Shown here piece after piece: positions 8,246-18,380 of a DNA stretch of 64,000 nucleotides (position 1 is the stretch's first letter; every line of letters starts with the position of its first letter). The notes under the pieces are model-generated. The model worked only from the letters and a program-made list of their open reading frames with translations, searched no databases and was not told the DNA's origin. A program made the translations under genes and the position numbers. Source of the stretch: an uncultured Acidobacteriota bacterium (GTDB lineage Bacteria > Acidobacteriota > Terriglobia > UBA7540); contig CAWDSK010000004.1 in the NCBI GenBank assembly GCA_963804995.1, forward strand, positions 64,001-128,000, written 5' to 3'.

Positions 8246-11152
8246 ATGTCGGAGATTACCTTTTCTAAAGCCAGCATACCCATTTGGAACGGCGCTGACG
8301 GGTCCGTGGATATAGACGTCAATGTGTCAGATCCGTTAAAGCCGATTGATCCGACCGCCGGAAATCCAATCGTCAAAACTTCATTCGACATACAGGGTGG
8401 GAATAACGCCACATTTGGAAACGATGGCACGCTGAAGCTCGGATTTGACGCGAGCACCACCGTTCTGTTGGCTCCTATTTGGCACGATCAAGTCGGAGCC
8501 GCTGCTGACCTCGACAAAGAGTTTGGGATCAGCACGGGGCTGGACAAGCAAACCGTCGCACTCGCTCTTGATGTTGGCGGCAAAGCGGATCTGTCCGTCG
8601 CGGGCTCGTTTCACTATAGCGCCCTCGCAATCGGGGCCACCGTGAATGCCGGAACCGATGCGCGATTTGTCTGCGTACGGCCTTATCCCACTTCTGAATC
8701 ACTGGCCGAGATTCTGGACAATTTTTTCAGCAATCTTGCCTTGCCGGGTACCCTTCTAGTGGCTCCCGCGAAGGGCACTCTCTATTCCTTAGAGCTAGGG
8801 GGGTACCTAAAGCTTGGAGTCAATGCGTCGGCAGGTTACAGCATCCAGGGCACAAAGGCTTTGGATTTCGCAAACTTGAAGCTCTCGGAAACCTACGACC
8901 TTAGTATTCTCGGAAAGCTTGGCGTCACAGCCCAGATTGCCGGCCGGTTTTCCGTTCAAGTTAGGGCTGGGGCAACGGATGGGTGGGCGAACGTTCAGGT
9001 TTTGCGAAAACGCACCGATGACGTTCAGTTCGCTGCTGATCTGAATGTTACCGCCTCATCCAAACTTCAAGGCCTGCCGACGAGTGGAAAAGAATTCCTG
9101 GGAGCTTTGCTCGGCGTAAATGCAAAAAACTGGCTCAATCTCGTCGATAGCGTTGCAACCCAGGCCGGCACAATCACCTCTGTGGCCGACCTCCAAAAAA
9201 GCCTTGATGGACTAGCCACCACCTACATTTCACGTTACGCCAATAAGGCAATTGCGCAGATTGTGGACAAAACCCCAGAAGCATCAGCGCTACTTGGGCG
9301 GCTCGCTAATGTCGTAAACAGTTACCGCAATCTGGACAGCTCTGCGATCGCGCTATTCGACCGGTACTTTGATGTCGGCACCGGGAAGGCTGATCAGCTC
9401 GTCGCGGCGCTCGGGAAGATTTCGGCTCTCAAAAGCCTTAAGGATTTCGAGGGCGAGATTGATCTAATGGTCTGGAATGTATTCCAACAACTCACGAACG
9501 GCGATCCGTTGACAGCGATTCTTCAAGATCCCGTTGCGGAAATTACAAAGAAGGTGAACGACACCCTTTCGCTGATAAGCGCGGATGCACATTCTGATAT
9601 CCGCAACTATATCACGCTAGCAAAATCGGCGTTCGGACTCGATCCCCTGATGAACGAAATTGCCAAGTTCGATTCCGTCGCTGCGCTAGCGCAACAGGCG
9701 ACGGATGAAGCCCAACATCTCGTGCAACGTTTAACCGGCACAGTCTTTAGTAAGATCCCGGCGCACGACCTGCAGGCCGTTCTCGACCTTGCCAAGAAGA
9801 TTTCCGATGGAACGGCGGCCTTCTGGAAGGACTTCGATAACGCGCTGACTCAGGCGGCGAGTCAGTCCTTCTCGTTAGAATTGAATGCAGTCTGGGAGCG
9901 GAGTGATGAAACCACGGCGCTGATTGACGTGGACATCAACATGCAGGACTTTCGGGGCCGCGCCTTCCTGAAGAAGGCGGGAGTCGGCGATTTCAGCGAC
10001 ATCCTGGCCAACTATAACCCACAACTGGTCAGACTAAATAAGGGAGCCCTCACCCATAATCTCCAGTCTTCCCAAGGTGTAAAAATCAATATCGTGGGTT
10101 GGCACCTGAATTATCAATATCAAAGCTCCCTCCAGGTCTTAACGCAATCCGACCAGCAAATCCGTCCCAGCGCCAACGGGCGCCTGAACGTGTTTACGAC
10201 GATCAACATGCAGGCTGAAAAGAACACCCGGCGCAAAACCACCAAGGCCGAAGAAACGATGCATACTAACTTCACACTCCGGCTTCTCGCTGAGACGAAT
10301 GACATCGTCGATGGCAGCAAGTTCGACAAAGAGAATCATGACTATCTTATCGACGTTGTCAGTGGCGCCGCCGCTTTTTACGAAATGACCTTCACAGACA
10401 GCAACACGACACCGCAGAAACTTGACCAAGCGTTGGATTTTGCCAAAGTTCTCGGACTTGATAAGGTCGGGGCAAATGTCCCGGCTTTGCAGCCCGTACT
10501 ACAACTAGTTAACGGTAGTTATGGTGATATCGCTGCAGATTATCGCGTAGTTTTTACACCCGAAGGACTTAAGGCTTTGTTTTCGCAGCCATTTGATGCC
10601 ACGCTGATTCGGTCAGTTCTGAAACCGATTGTTCTGGCCAACTATTACGGACTACCGGTGCTATCGGTGATCGGCTGGATGTACTGCAACGACACGGTGA
10701 GAGATGTTTGGGTGAAGGAGGGGGTTAATTTCATTAACGCCGGAACTGTACTTGCCGCTGCCTTGCCCAGTCTGCAGCCCGAGTCACCCATTCTGGGGTT
10801 TGCCCCGCAATTGTCGGTTGATACGTCCTCCGACATTATGAATCGCTTTCTGACGGCTCAGCTCTACCAAATTGAAGATGATCTGGCCGGGGCATTCGCA
10901 AAACTCGGGGCACTGGTCGGCAAGAAATGTGAAATCACCGACAAGGCCTTGACCAATGCCGTCAATGATTTCGGGAAGGTCCTCAACGCATTCGATCGGC
11001 AGAGCTTAGGTGACAATACGACGTTTGCAGTTATGGACGGGCTGATTCAGAAGGCGAATCGAGGCACAGAAGCCCGCTCCTCAGCGCTGGACCTAACAAC
11101 GCACACGGAAGGGGCCGAGCGCCATACGGTGTTCCAATTGCAGCCGAAATAG
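8246..11152 (+). CDS. Large hypothetical protein (968 aa), no signal peptide
   Basis: Long ORF with GGGAGG RBS; beta-rich N-terminal third, amphipathic helical middle, mixed C-terminus; no motif recognised. Confidence 0.9.
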   Translation: MSEITFSKASIPIWNGADGSVDIDVNVSDPLKPIDPTAGNPIVKTSFDIQGGNNATFGNDGTLKLGFDASTTVLLAPIWHDQVGAAADLDKEFGISTGLDKQTVALALDVGGKADLSVAGSFHYSALAIGATVNAGTDARFVCVRPYPTSESLAEILDNFFSNLALPGTLLVAPAKGTLYSLELGGYLKLGVNASAGYSIQGTKALDFANLKLSETYDLSILGKLGVTAQIAGRFSVQVRAGATDGWANVQVLRKRTDDVQFAADLNVTASSKLQGLPTSGKEFLGALLGVNAKNWLNLVDSVATQAGTITSVADLQKSLDGLATTYISRYANKAIAQIVDKTPEASALLGRLANVVNSYRNLDSSAIALFDRYFDVGTGKADQLVAALGKISALKSLKDFEGEIDLMVWNVFQQLTNGDPLTAILQDPVAEITKKVNDTLSLISADAHSDIRNYITLAKSAFGLDPLMNEIAKFDSVAALAQQATDEAQHLVQRLTGTVFSKIPAHDLQAVLDLAKKISDGTAAFWKDFDNALTQAASQSFSLELNAVWERSDETTALIDVDINMQDFRGRAFLKKAGVGDFSDILANYNPQLVRLNKGALTHNLQSSQGVKINIVGWHLNYQYQSSLQVLTQSDQQIRPSANGRLNVFTTINMQAEKNTRRKTTKAEETMHTNFTLRLLAETNDIVDGSKFDKENHDYLIDVVSGAAAFYEMTFTDSNTTPQKLDQALDFAKVLGLDKVGANVPALQPVLQLVNGSYGDIAADYRVVFTPEGLKALFSQPFDATLIRSVLKPIVLANYYGLPVLSVIGWMYCNDTVRDVWVKEGVNFINAGTVLAAALPSLQPESPILGFAPQLSVDTSSDIMNRFLTAQLYQIEDDLAGAFAKLGALVGKKCEITDKALTNAVNDFGKVLNAFDRQSLGDNTTFAVMDGLIQKANRGTEARSSALDLTTHTEGAERHTVFQLQPK

Positions 11153-11360
11153 GGGAGGGCCGAGGTGCGTGGGAGAGTGCATCAGAGGTCAGCGCGGCCG
11201 GCGTCAGTGGCTTGCTCACCGTTGGCCGTTTCCTTGGATTTACGAACCCACGGTCAATTCGAAATATGAATTGACCGCAGCTACCGCTCCAAGTAGGTAG
11301 CGGTTGAGGTAGTTTTCGCATGGGTGGGATGCATGCGGCAAACGGGAGGGAGGAGACGCA

Positions 11361-12311
11361 ATGGATCCAATAACGCTCAAAGCCCTTGAATTGGCCAAGG
11401 AATCGTCAGATCGCGCACGGACAATACTCCTGATCATGCAGGTCACGTGCATCATCGCGTTCATGGCCGCGTGGCGTGAGGCTCCGTTTGGGTGGACCTT
11501 GACGCGGCTAAAAATAGCACAAACCGCCGTCGCGTATCTCGGTTATGTCGATTGTCAGAAAAAGCAGCACCCGGAGGCCCCGGGCGTCGGCCCTGATGCT
11601 AACTCCAGATCGGACGCGTGCGTTGCTCCCGAAGGCGGTCAAGCGTTAAAGCCAGCAGAAATAGAGTTAGCAAAGGCATACCTTGCAGGGTCGAACCTCA
11701 CTCTCGCCCAAGCTGAGAAGCACCTCGATATCCTTTACGACATGCTTGTCACCCACACGATGAATGTGACCGTGCCCTTTCTCGGATTCACGTTTGACGT
11801 GAATGACCTGAGCGTACTTGGCGGCATGAGTTTCCTGCTGATCCTAGTGTGGTTCTATTTTAGCTTGCGACGCGAAGAACTGAATATCGCCATGCTCTTT
11901 CAGCAACACAAGGGGCAAGCCCTTAACGAGGTCTATAGGCTTGCCAGCATGACCCAGGTGCTCACCGTTACGCCGAAAGCCCATGCTCCCGAAAACAAAT
12001 TCAAGGTCAAAGCGCTGGCCTCGGTGCTGAGATTGCTGTTTTTCAGTCCATTGGCGGTCCAGTCTTTTGTCTTATATATTGACAGGAAAACGTTTGGCAG
12101 AGTCGCGCCCTTCAACCCCCACCTCGTCAAGGGACAGTTTACGGCAGGCGTGTGGTTTTTTATGCTAATGTTTTTCGTAACTTGGTGGTGTTTAAGACGC
12201 TCCAGAGCCGTTGATAAGATATGGCAGGATGCAAACTCCCGTCGCCAAGCTCCTGACGAGACAATACAATCGGGGAACTCGGAACCGCTGCCCTCGCCTA
12301 CTGAACCTTGA
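11361..12311 (+). CDS. Hypothetical membrane protein (about 4 TM)
   Basis: 316 aa; GGAGGAG RBS; hydrophobic segments; VPFLGFTFDVNDLSVLGG. Confidence 0.8.
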   Translation: MDPITLKALELAKESSDRARTILLIMQVTCIIAFMAAWREAPFGWTLTRLKIAQTAVAYLGYVDCQKKQHPEAPGVGPDANSRSDACVAPEGGQALKPAEIELAKAYLAGSNLTLAQAEKHLDILYDMLVTHTMNVTVPFLGFTFDVNDLSVLGGMSFLLILVWFYFSLRREELNIAMLFQQHKGQALNEVYRLASMTQVLTVTPKAHAPENKFKVKALASVLRLLFFSPLAVQSFVLYIDRKTFGRVAPFNPHLVKGQFTAGVWFFMLMFFVTWWCLRRSRAVDKIWQDANSRRQAPDETIQSGNSEPLPSPTEP

Positions 12312-12717
12312 CTTCTTCTGGAAAAGGCTGGACCACATAGTAGGTAGCCACTACAAGCGTCTAGTGTTGCGTTTGGAAAATGCGTTTACGGTAGATCCGC
12401 CATTTAGGGCGCCACATGCCGGGCTAAGGCTTGGCGCTACAATGAATTGACATGTTTCGCATAAGTAAACTCATTTCCCAAACGCAACACTTGCTGGGCC
12501 ACGGTCAGCGTTTTTCCAACCGCGGCTACCCTTGGCTCGGCTAACAATCAATTCAAGAATCAAAATTACAGCAGCTTCATTGCGTCCGGGTCCGAGTGGA
12601 CGGGGGGGCCGGTTTCGTAGCTGACGCTGCTGAGCAGGATGGTGCCGGCGGCGCGTGATCCAACGCAAGCGAACAAGCGGACCTGCCTTGCAGGTCCACA
12701 GCTTTTCGCACCAGCCC

Positions 12718-13975
12718 GGGTATATGATCAGGGCCTTCTGATGCGGGCTATTTGTTGCCGGGGCGCAGCAGGGCAGCGCCATTTGCGTACACGATTCTCC
12801 GAAATGCGGCCTCGTTGGGGACAAGCTTGCCCACTGCGGCCACAGAGCAGGTAGCGTACCAGAGTCTGTGCCTTTCAGACTCTGCGGTTCTGAACACGGT
12901 AAACATATACTGTCGTATTAACACACGGCCTTGGCACGTGACGCGGTAATGCGGGGAATAGGGAACAGGGAACAGAGGAAGTCCTAAGCGGTCATTGGCA
13001 GCGGCGCCTAACGTTCGAAGGGCCGCAGCGTCTCTGATGGAAGCGAAGCTCTGCGCTGCCGGACCACGCAAATCGCAGTTGAGCTGCGCCAAGTCTAGTA
13101 AGGGAAACTGGCCTTCGGACAGCAAGTGAGAGGAGGCGATTCAGTATGCCAAACACAAATGGGCCAAGGATAGTGGGCGTTAGCTTCAAGAGGTATGCGG
13201 CGGGGGAGGCTGCGCAACCCGGGGAATTTGAACGCGGTGACTTTATTCTGACCCATGGGAACGCCTTCTACAGCAAGCTGATTCGCTTTGGCCAAGGGCT
13301 TCGCTTTTGGGGACAGAATCGAAAGTACGCCTGGTGGAACCATGCTGCCATGATCGTTTCCGACACTGGCGATCTGGTTGAAGCGCTCGGGGCCGGAGTC
13401 AAAAAGACACACATCGATAAATACACGCCCACGGAGTATCACCTGGTCCGGCTGGGCGCTCTTGCCGATCACCGTGATCGCGAACAAGTGGTAACCTTCG
13501 CCGATTGGTGCCTGAACGAAAAATACGACTTGCTAACAATTATCAGCATAGGGTTCTCGCTTCTGTTTGGGGGAAGGTTGAATTTTGGGTTTGACGGCGA
13601 AACCATCTGTTCCGGGCTGGTGGCCCGAGCTCTGGAGAGGTCCAATGCCATTTTCGACCGCACTCCCTCACACATCATGCCCGCAGACTTGGCTCGGTAC
13701 TTCAATGTCGATCCCCCACCGAAAGGAACATCCAAAGGTGTAATTCCGCAAACCTAAACATGAGCATTTTTGCCCTTTTGGGCCCTCACATGAAATGCTA
13801 TTGCTCATGGCGGATTTATTTCACGGGTTCGTGCGCCGTGGGGTCCGATCCTCCGGCCGTCACGCGGGCAGGCGCACCTAGATTGAAGATCCGCGGCTTG
13901 TCGTGCCGACCAGGGTAAATGGTCAGGGCCTTCTGATGCCTGCTATTTGTCGCCGAGGCGCAGCAGGGCCGCGCC
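12718..13975 (+). repeat. Diverged ~63-bp direct repeat pair (12718-12780, 13913-13975) bracketing the permuted NlpC/P60 gene
   Basis: GGGTA(T/A)ATG(A/G)TCAGGGCCTTCTGATGC..GCTATTTGT(T/C)GCCG(G/A)GGCGCAGCAGGGC(A/C)GCGCC. Confidence 0.75.
13146..13757 (+). CDS. Permuted papain-like (YiiX/YebB-type NlpC/P60) cysteine hydrolase
   Basis: RGDFILT..WNHAAM..VEA..KYD..ICSGLVARA: His before Cys; AGGAGG RBS. Confidence 0.8.
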   Translation: MPNTNGPRIVGVSFKRYAAGEAAQPGEFERGDFILTHGNAFYSKLIRFGQGLRFWGQNRKYAWWNHAAMIVSDTGDLVEALGAGVKKTHIDKYTPTEYHLVRLGALADHRDREQVVTFADWCLNEKYDLLTIISIGFSLLFGGRLNFGFDGETICSGLVARALERSNAIFDRTPSHIMPADLARYFNVDPPPKGTSKGVIPQT

Positions 13976-14068
13976 GACGCTCATACCCCAGCGTGACACG
14001 GGAGAGGCAGGGGTTAGGGGTTAGGGATTGGGGATTAGGGAAATGCGACTGACCCCCAAGCGACCACC

Positions 14069-14535
14069 ACACTTCCCCGTATCGGTTATCGGCGGGATCG
14101 ACACCAAGCATGAGACAAATTGAGTGGCCGGTGACAAACAGCTTGCCCCCTCACCCGTCCCGCCCCGGCTCGTGAAAACGCCGGCAGCGCGCCACCCTCT
14201 CCCCCCGGAGAGGGCTATGAATTTTTACCTTGTGCTGGTGAACCAATGGCCCTACCCCCCGATCGACCCCCGCCCCGCCGTGACGCACTTCCCCGCTTCG
14301 GTTATCGGTGGGTTAGCGGCCGAACATGAGCTCAAAATCGACTTCGGCAATCACTCAATCACCCGATGAACCGATGTCCGACGGCCCGATCAGAGGAGCA
14401 GTGGCGAGTGGCTAGTGGCTAGTCGCCAGAAATGGCAAAGTCCAAGGGCGGCAAGGCAGCCCGTACCGATGCTCTCCCCCCGGCGTGCCATACTCACCCA
14501 CATCGGTTATCGGTGGGTTCGTAGCCGAACATGAG
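14069..14535 (+). repeat. Three copies of a ~45-bp hairpin motif at 205-216 bp spacing
   Basis: TCGGTTATCGGYGGG..CATGAG cores at 14082, 14298 and 14503. Confidence 0.75.
14146..14217. repeat. REP-like element of the CCCTCACCC..CCCTCTCCC family
   Basis: Inverted-orientation copies at about 21597-21670 and 24750-24820; both IS4 copies sit in related sites. Confidence 0.75.
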
Positions 14536-14536
14536 C

Positions 14537-14800
14537 CTATTTATCAACGGTCAGGTCGGCCGTTGGCAGGAATTGGGGCGGCCGGCGATGTTTGGTGGCT
14601 TGCTCGAACGCGTACGCCAGCTTGATGAGGGTGGGCTCGCTATAGGCTCGGCCGAAGAAGGAAATTCCTATCGGGAGGCCGAAGACGAAGCCTGCCGGCA
14701 CTGAAATGTTGGGATATCCTGACACGGCGGCGGGCCGGGAACTTTTCGTGGTCTCCGTTGACCAGGTCGGTAACCCAGGCGGGCCCGGCGGTTTCGGGAG
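14537..14800 (-). pseudogene. Amidase C-terminal remnant
   Basis: PAAVSGYPNISVPAGFVFGLPIGISFFGRAYSEPTLIKLAYAFEQAT; N-terminus absent. Confidence 0.8.
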
Positions 14801-14915
14801 ACGCACCCCGCCCATCCGATATAGTTTGCTGGGACAGCCGTCCCACTTGTTGCTCTCCGCGGGGCGTAGCGGGCGTTGTCCCACTAAAAATCGAGGGTCA
14901 CACCCAAAGTCAAAA

Positions 14916-15130
14916 TCAGTGGGACAGAAGGAAATCGAGCGCCGCGCCTAGAATTCGATTCGCTTCCAGCGCCTCAGCCAGCGCCACTGTATCCACGATG
15001 CTGCCGCGCGCCGTGTTGATCAATAAGGCCGAGGGCTTCATCAGGCCGAGGGTGCGCGAATTAATCAGGTGCCTGGTCTCCGCCGTCAGCGGAAGATGCA
15101 ATAATACGATCGATCAAATCCATGCCCACC
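14916..15130 (-). pseudogene. D-2-hydroxyacid dehydrogenase remnant
   Basis: [38 protein letters not shown] fragment only. Confidence 0.8.
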
Positions 15131-15752
15131 GTCCGTACCAGTACCAATTCTCTTCCCGAGTATCGATGAGGCGAAAGCCGTGAACGAATCGAGAAGACCT
15201 CTCACGCCACACAGCCTGGGCGGCAAGCCTCGCCAAGCAGGAACCGAGCCTCTTCTTCGGGCCTTAGCGTGAAGGTTGGGTTTTCTTTCACTCCGGTCGA
15301 AGACCAGGTGCTTTTGTCGCAATTTGGCGCTACAATCAGCGCGGCTGCTGGACTTCCCCCCATTGGCGTTCCTGCGGATTTTCAAACTGCTGTTCGGCGG
15401 CGCGATTCTCAACATGGGGGAGCGATGTTCTTGTGAATGACAGAATGTCTAGCTCACCTCGGCCCCCAGACCTCAAGAACGAGGAATGCCTGCAGGGGAT
15501 TCGAAAAAAGCCCAGTTTGGGGTTCAAATAGCCATGCAGGCATAGAATGGGGCAGGGCGTCCATATGACGGAAAATGCTATTGTATTTTGACATGTATCA
15601 TTTTCTGAGAACCCGGCACGGTGTACCCTCTGCCGGTCAGCTTGGAATACAAAATGCTCGTTACAATTAGATGGTGGGTGTTTGTCAATTTTTGCGGGGA
15701 AGTTGGAAATAGTTATAAGGGGGCCCTCAGCCCATCAATCAGGGAGGTCGAG

Positions 15753-17217
15753 ATGAAAAGCAAAGCAAACGGTCAGTATATTCAAGACGCCCAGCGGGAA
15801 AGTGATGGCATCACGCGGCGCAAGTTCCTGGCTGCTGCGGCGGGAGTTGCGCCCGCAGCCTTATTGGCCAACGCCACCCCGGGAAGGGCCGTTGCCTTGC
15901 CTGTCGTGGTTGCGCCCACTGAAGGCAAGCTCGCCATCGACGGCGGCACACCGGTTCGTGCCACCATGCTGCACATGAACTTTTCCGGGCCCAACTATTA
16001 CGACGACGAGGAGCGCCGGGAATTGCTCGAACGTGCTCGAAGGGCGCGCCCCGTTTCGCGATTACGGCATGGGGCCGGGTGGCAAGACGCCCAACAAGTG
16101 CATTCAGTTCGAAAAGGAATTCGCTGCGCACCAAGGTTCGAAGTTTTGCCTGGCGGTAACCTCCGGTACTGCGGCCTTGATTGTCGCCGTGGCGGGACTG
16201 GGAGTGGGTCCCGGGGACGAGGTCATCCTCCCCGCCTGGTGCTGGTATGCCTGCTACGACGCCATCGTCGCTTCAGGCGCGACCCCGGTCTTCGCGGAAA
16301 TCGACGAATCCTTGATGATTGATCCGGCCGACATCGAGCGCAAAATTACTCCCCACACCAAGGCCATCATGCCGGTGCACATCGCGGGTGAGTCTGCCGA
16401 TATGGACTCGATCATGGCGATCGCGCGGCAGCACAAGCTGAAGGTTCTGGAAGACGCCGCCCAGGCCATGGGAGTCACTTACAAAGGCCGCGCCGTGGGC
16501 ACGATTGGCGACTGCGGCATCAACAGTTTCCAGATTTGCAAGACCATCTCCTCTGGCGATGGCGGCGCCGTGGTCACCAGCGACCCGATGGTGTTTGAAC
16601 GCGCCGTTCGGTTCCATGACCTGGGCCTGATGCGCAAATGCTTTATCAATAACCTGGGTACCCAGCCCCAGATGGGCATGATTCCCGGCTTGCAATTCCG
16701 CATGAATGAGTGGACGGGCGGGGTCATGCGCGCTCAGTTGCGCAAAGCGGATCGAATCATCTCCGACTACCACACAAAATCCGCACAGATCATCGCCGGC
16801 ATTCGCGATCTTCCGGGGATTGAATTCCGGAAGAGCCACGATCCGCACGGTGCGCTGCGGGACATGATCTATTTCCGCGTGGAAAGCCAAGCAGTGCGCG
16901 ATCGCTGCCTTGCCGCTCTGGCGGCGGAAAACATCGAGGCCGGCTGGAATCTGGAGGGGTCGGTGGTGCTGCCCGTCGAGCCCCATATCGCCAGGAAAGA
17001 CCCCCCGGAAGCGAATTGGCCGTCGTTTGCGACGCCGAACGGTTGAGCGATTAAATACGGGCCAACCTGCTGCCCACGCACCGCTGAAATCCGGAACCGG
17101 TTTGTGGGTATCCCGACTGATCCCAAGTACACGGATCAGGATGTGGCTGATGTTGTCGCCGCGGTTCGCAAGGTCTATATGGCGGTCGTTACTCCGACCT
17201 TGAGGTCGGCACGCTAA
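15753..17217 (+). pseudogene. TAT-signal DegT/DnrJ/EryC1/StrS aminotransferase with one frameshift and one in-frame stop
   Basis: ITRRKFL TAT motif; KLAIDGGTPVR; extra base at about 16030; SGTAAL, GDEVI, VLEDAAQA, SFQICKTISSGDGG; TGA at 17044 followed in frame by AIKYGPTCCPRT..DVADVVAAVRKV to TAA at 17217. Confidence 0.8.
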
Positions 17218-17305
17218 CGCCCGGCGGAACAACTCGGCTCGGGCCGGAATAAAGTCCGGCGCTACAAGTTGACGTTAAATCTAACGACTCAAGTTGGAGG
17301 TACTC

Positions 17306-18271
17306 GTGTTAAAAGACCTGAACCGCCGCCATTTTCTAAAGACCTCGGCCCTGGCTGCCGGGCTCACGTTTGATACGCTGCCATTAAAAGCCCGGCTGGC
17401 GGCGGGTGACAACACCCCGGTGAAACCCGTCTTGGGTGAGTTGCCGAAAGGCCGGATCGGCAAACTTGAGTGCACTCGTCTGTTCTGTGGAGGCAACCTC
17501 TTCAGCGGGTTTGGCCACGCCGGAGAGTTGCATTACGTTGACACTCTGCTGCGCCACTACTTCACGGACGACAAGATCATGGACACTCTGCAATTGTGCG
17601 AACAGGGTGGGATCAACACCGCCATCCTGCGCTGCGATGAGCAGATCGTCCGGGTCATCAACCGCTATCGCAAGGAGCGAGGCGGAAAGATCCAATGGAT
17701 CGCCCAGACCTACCCCAAACCCGACAACCTGAAAGAGAACATCCAGATAGCCATCGATAACGGCGCCGTGGCGGCCTTCTGCATGGGCGGGCACGCCCAG
17801 GACGTCTTCGTAACTCCTGGCAAAGCGGATCTGATTGGCGAGGTCGTGGCGTTCATCAAGCAGAACGGTCTGGTGGCCGGCGTTGGCTCCCATACGCTGG
17901 AGCTCCCTATCATTTCGGAACAGCAGAAATTTAACCCTGACTTCTATTTCAAGACGTTCAACAGCGTAGGTTACGCCACCGATAACTCGCACCCCGACGA
18001 AGATGTCAAAGTCGGCGTCGAAGGTAAGGTGTTCACCAGTGATGCTACGCGCGACATTGCCGCCTTCATGAAAGGGATCAAAAAGCCCTGGATCGCCTTC
18101 AAGGTTTTGGGTGCGGGCCGAGTACCGCCCAAGGAAGGCTTCGATCTGGCGTTCAAGAGTGGTGCGGATTTCATCAACGTGGGGATGTACGATTTCCAAG
18201 TCCAGCAAAACATCGCAATGATCCCGGAGATCGTAAAACGCCACGTGCAGCGCGACCGGGCCTGGGCGTAA
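17306..18271 (+). CDS. TAT-exported putative TIM-barrel/aldo-keto-reductase-like protein, paralog 1
   Basis: GGAGG RBS with GTG start; LNRRHFLK; LPKGRIGKLECTRLFCGGN; KPWIAFKVLGAGR. Confidence 0.75.
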   Translation: MLKDLNRRHFLKTSALAAGLTFDTLPLKARLAAGDNTPVKPVLGELPKGRIGKLECTRLFCGGNLFSGFGHAGELHYVDTLLRHYFTDDKIMDTLQLCEQGGINTAILRCDEQIVRVINRYRKERGGKIQWIAQTYPKPDNLKENIQIAIDNGAVAAFCMGGHAQDVFVTPGKADLIGEVVAFIKQNGLVAGVGSHTLELPIISEQQKFNPDFYFKTFNSVGYATDNSHPDEDVKVGVEGKVFTSDATRDIAAFMKGIKKPWIAFKVLGAGRVPPKEGFDLAFKSGADFINVGMYDFQVQQNIAMIPEIVKRHVQRDRAWA

Positions 18272-18380
18272 GGTCCGGGATTAGGGGTTGGGGATTAGGG
18301 GTTAGGTCTCGAATAACTCCCCTTGCTCCTTGGTTCAAACGCCATAGCGATTTGGATTGATTTCCCTCACCCCAGGGGGG

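Noticed and set aside
13006..13084. attC-like site (GCCTAAC..GTTGAGC), plus an attC-like start at about 12539
   Set aside because: Core sites are not properly complementary, the second site lacks a right half, and no integron integrase is present
14069..14535. CRISPR array
   Set aside because: Repeats are too diverged, spacers are about 160-170 bp, and there are no cas genes
17044..17046. Selenocysteine read-through of the in-frame TGA in DegT
   Set aside because: Not a catalytic Cys position, the gene also has a frameshift, and a point change such as CGA to TGA or an error is simpler
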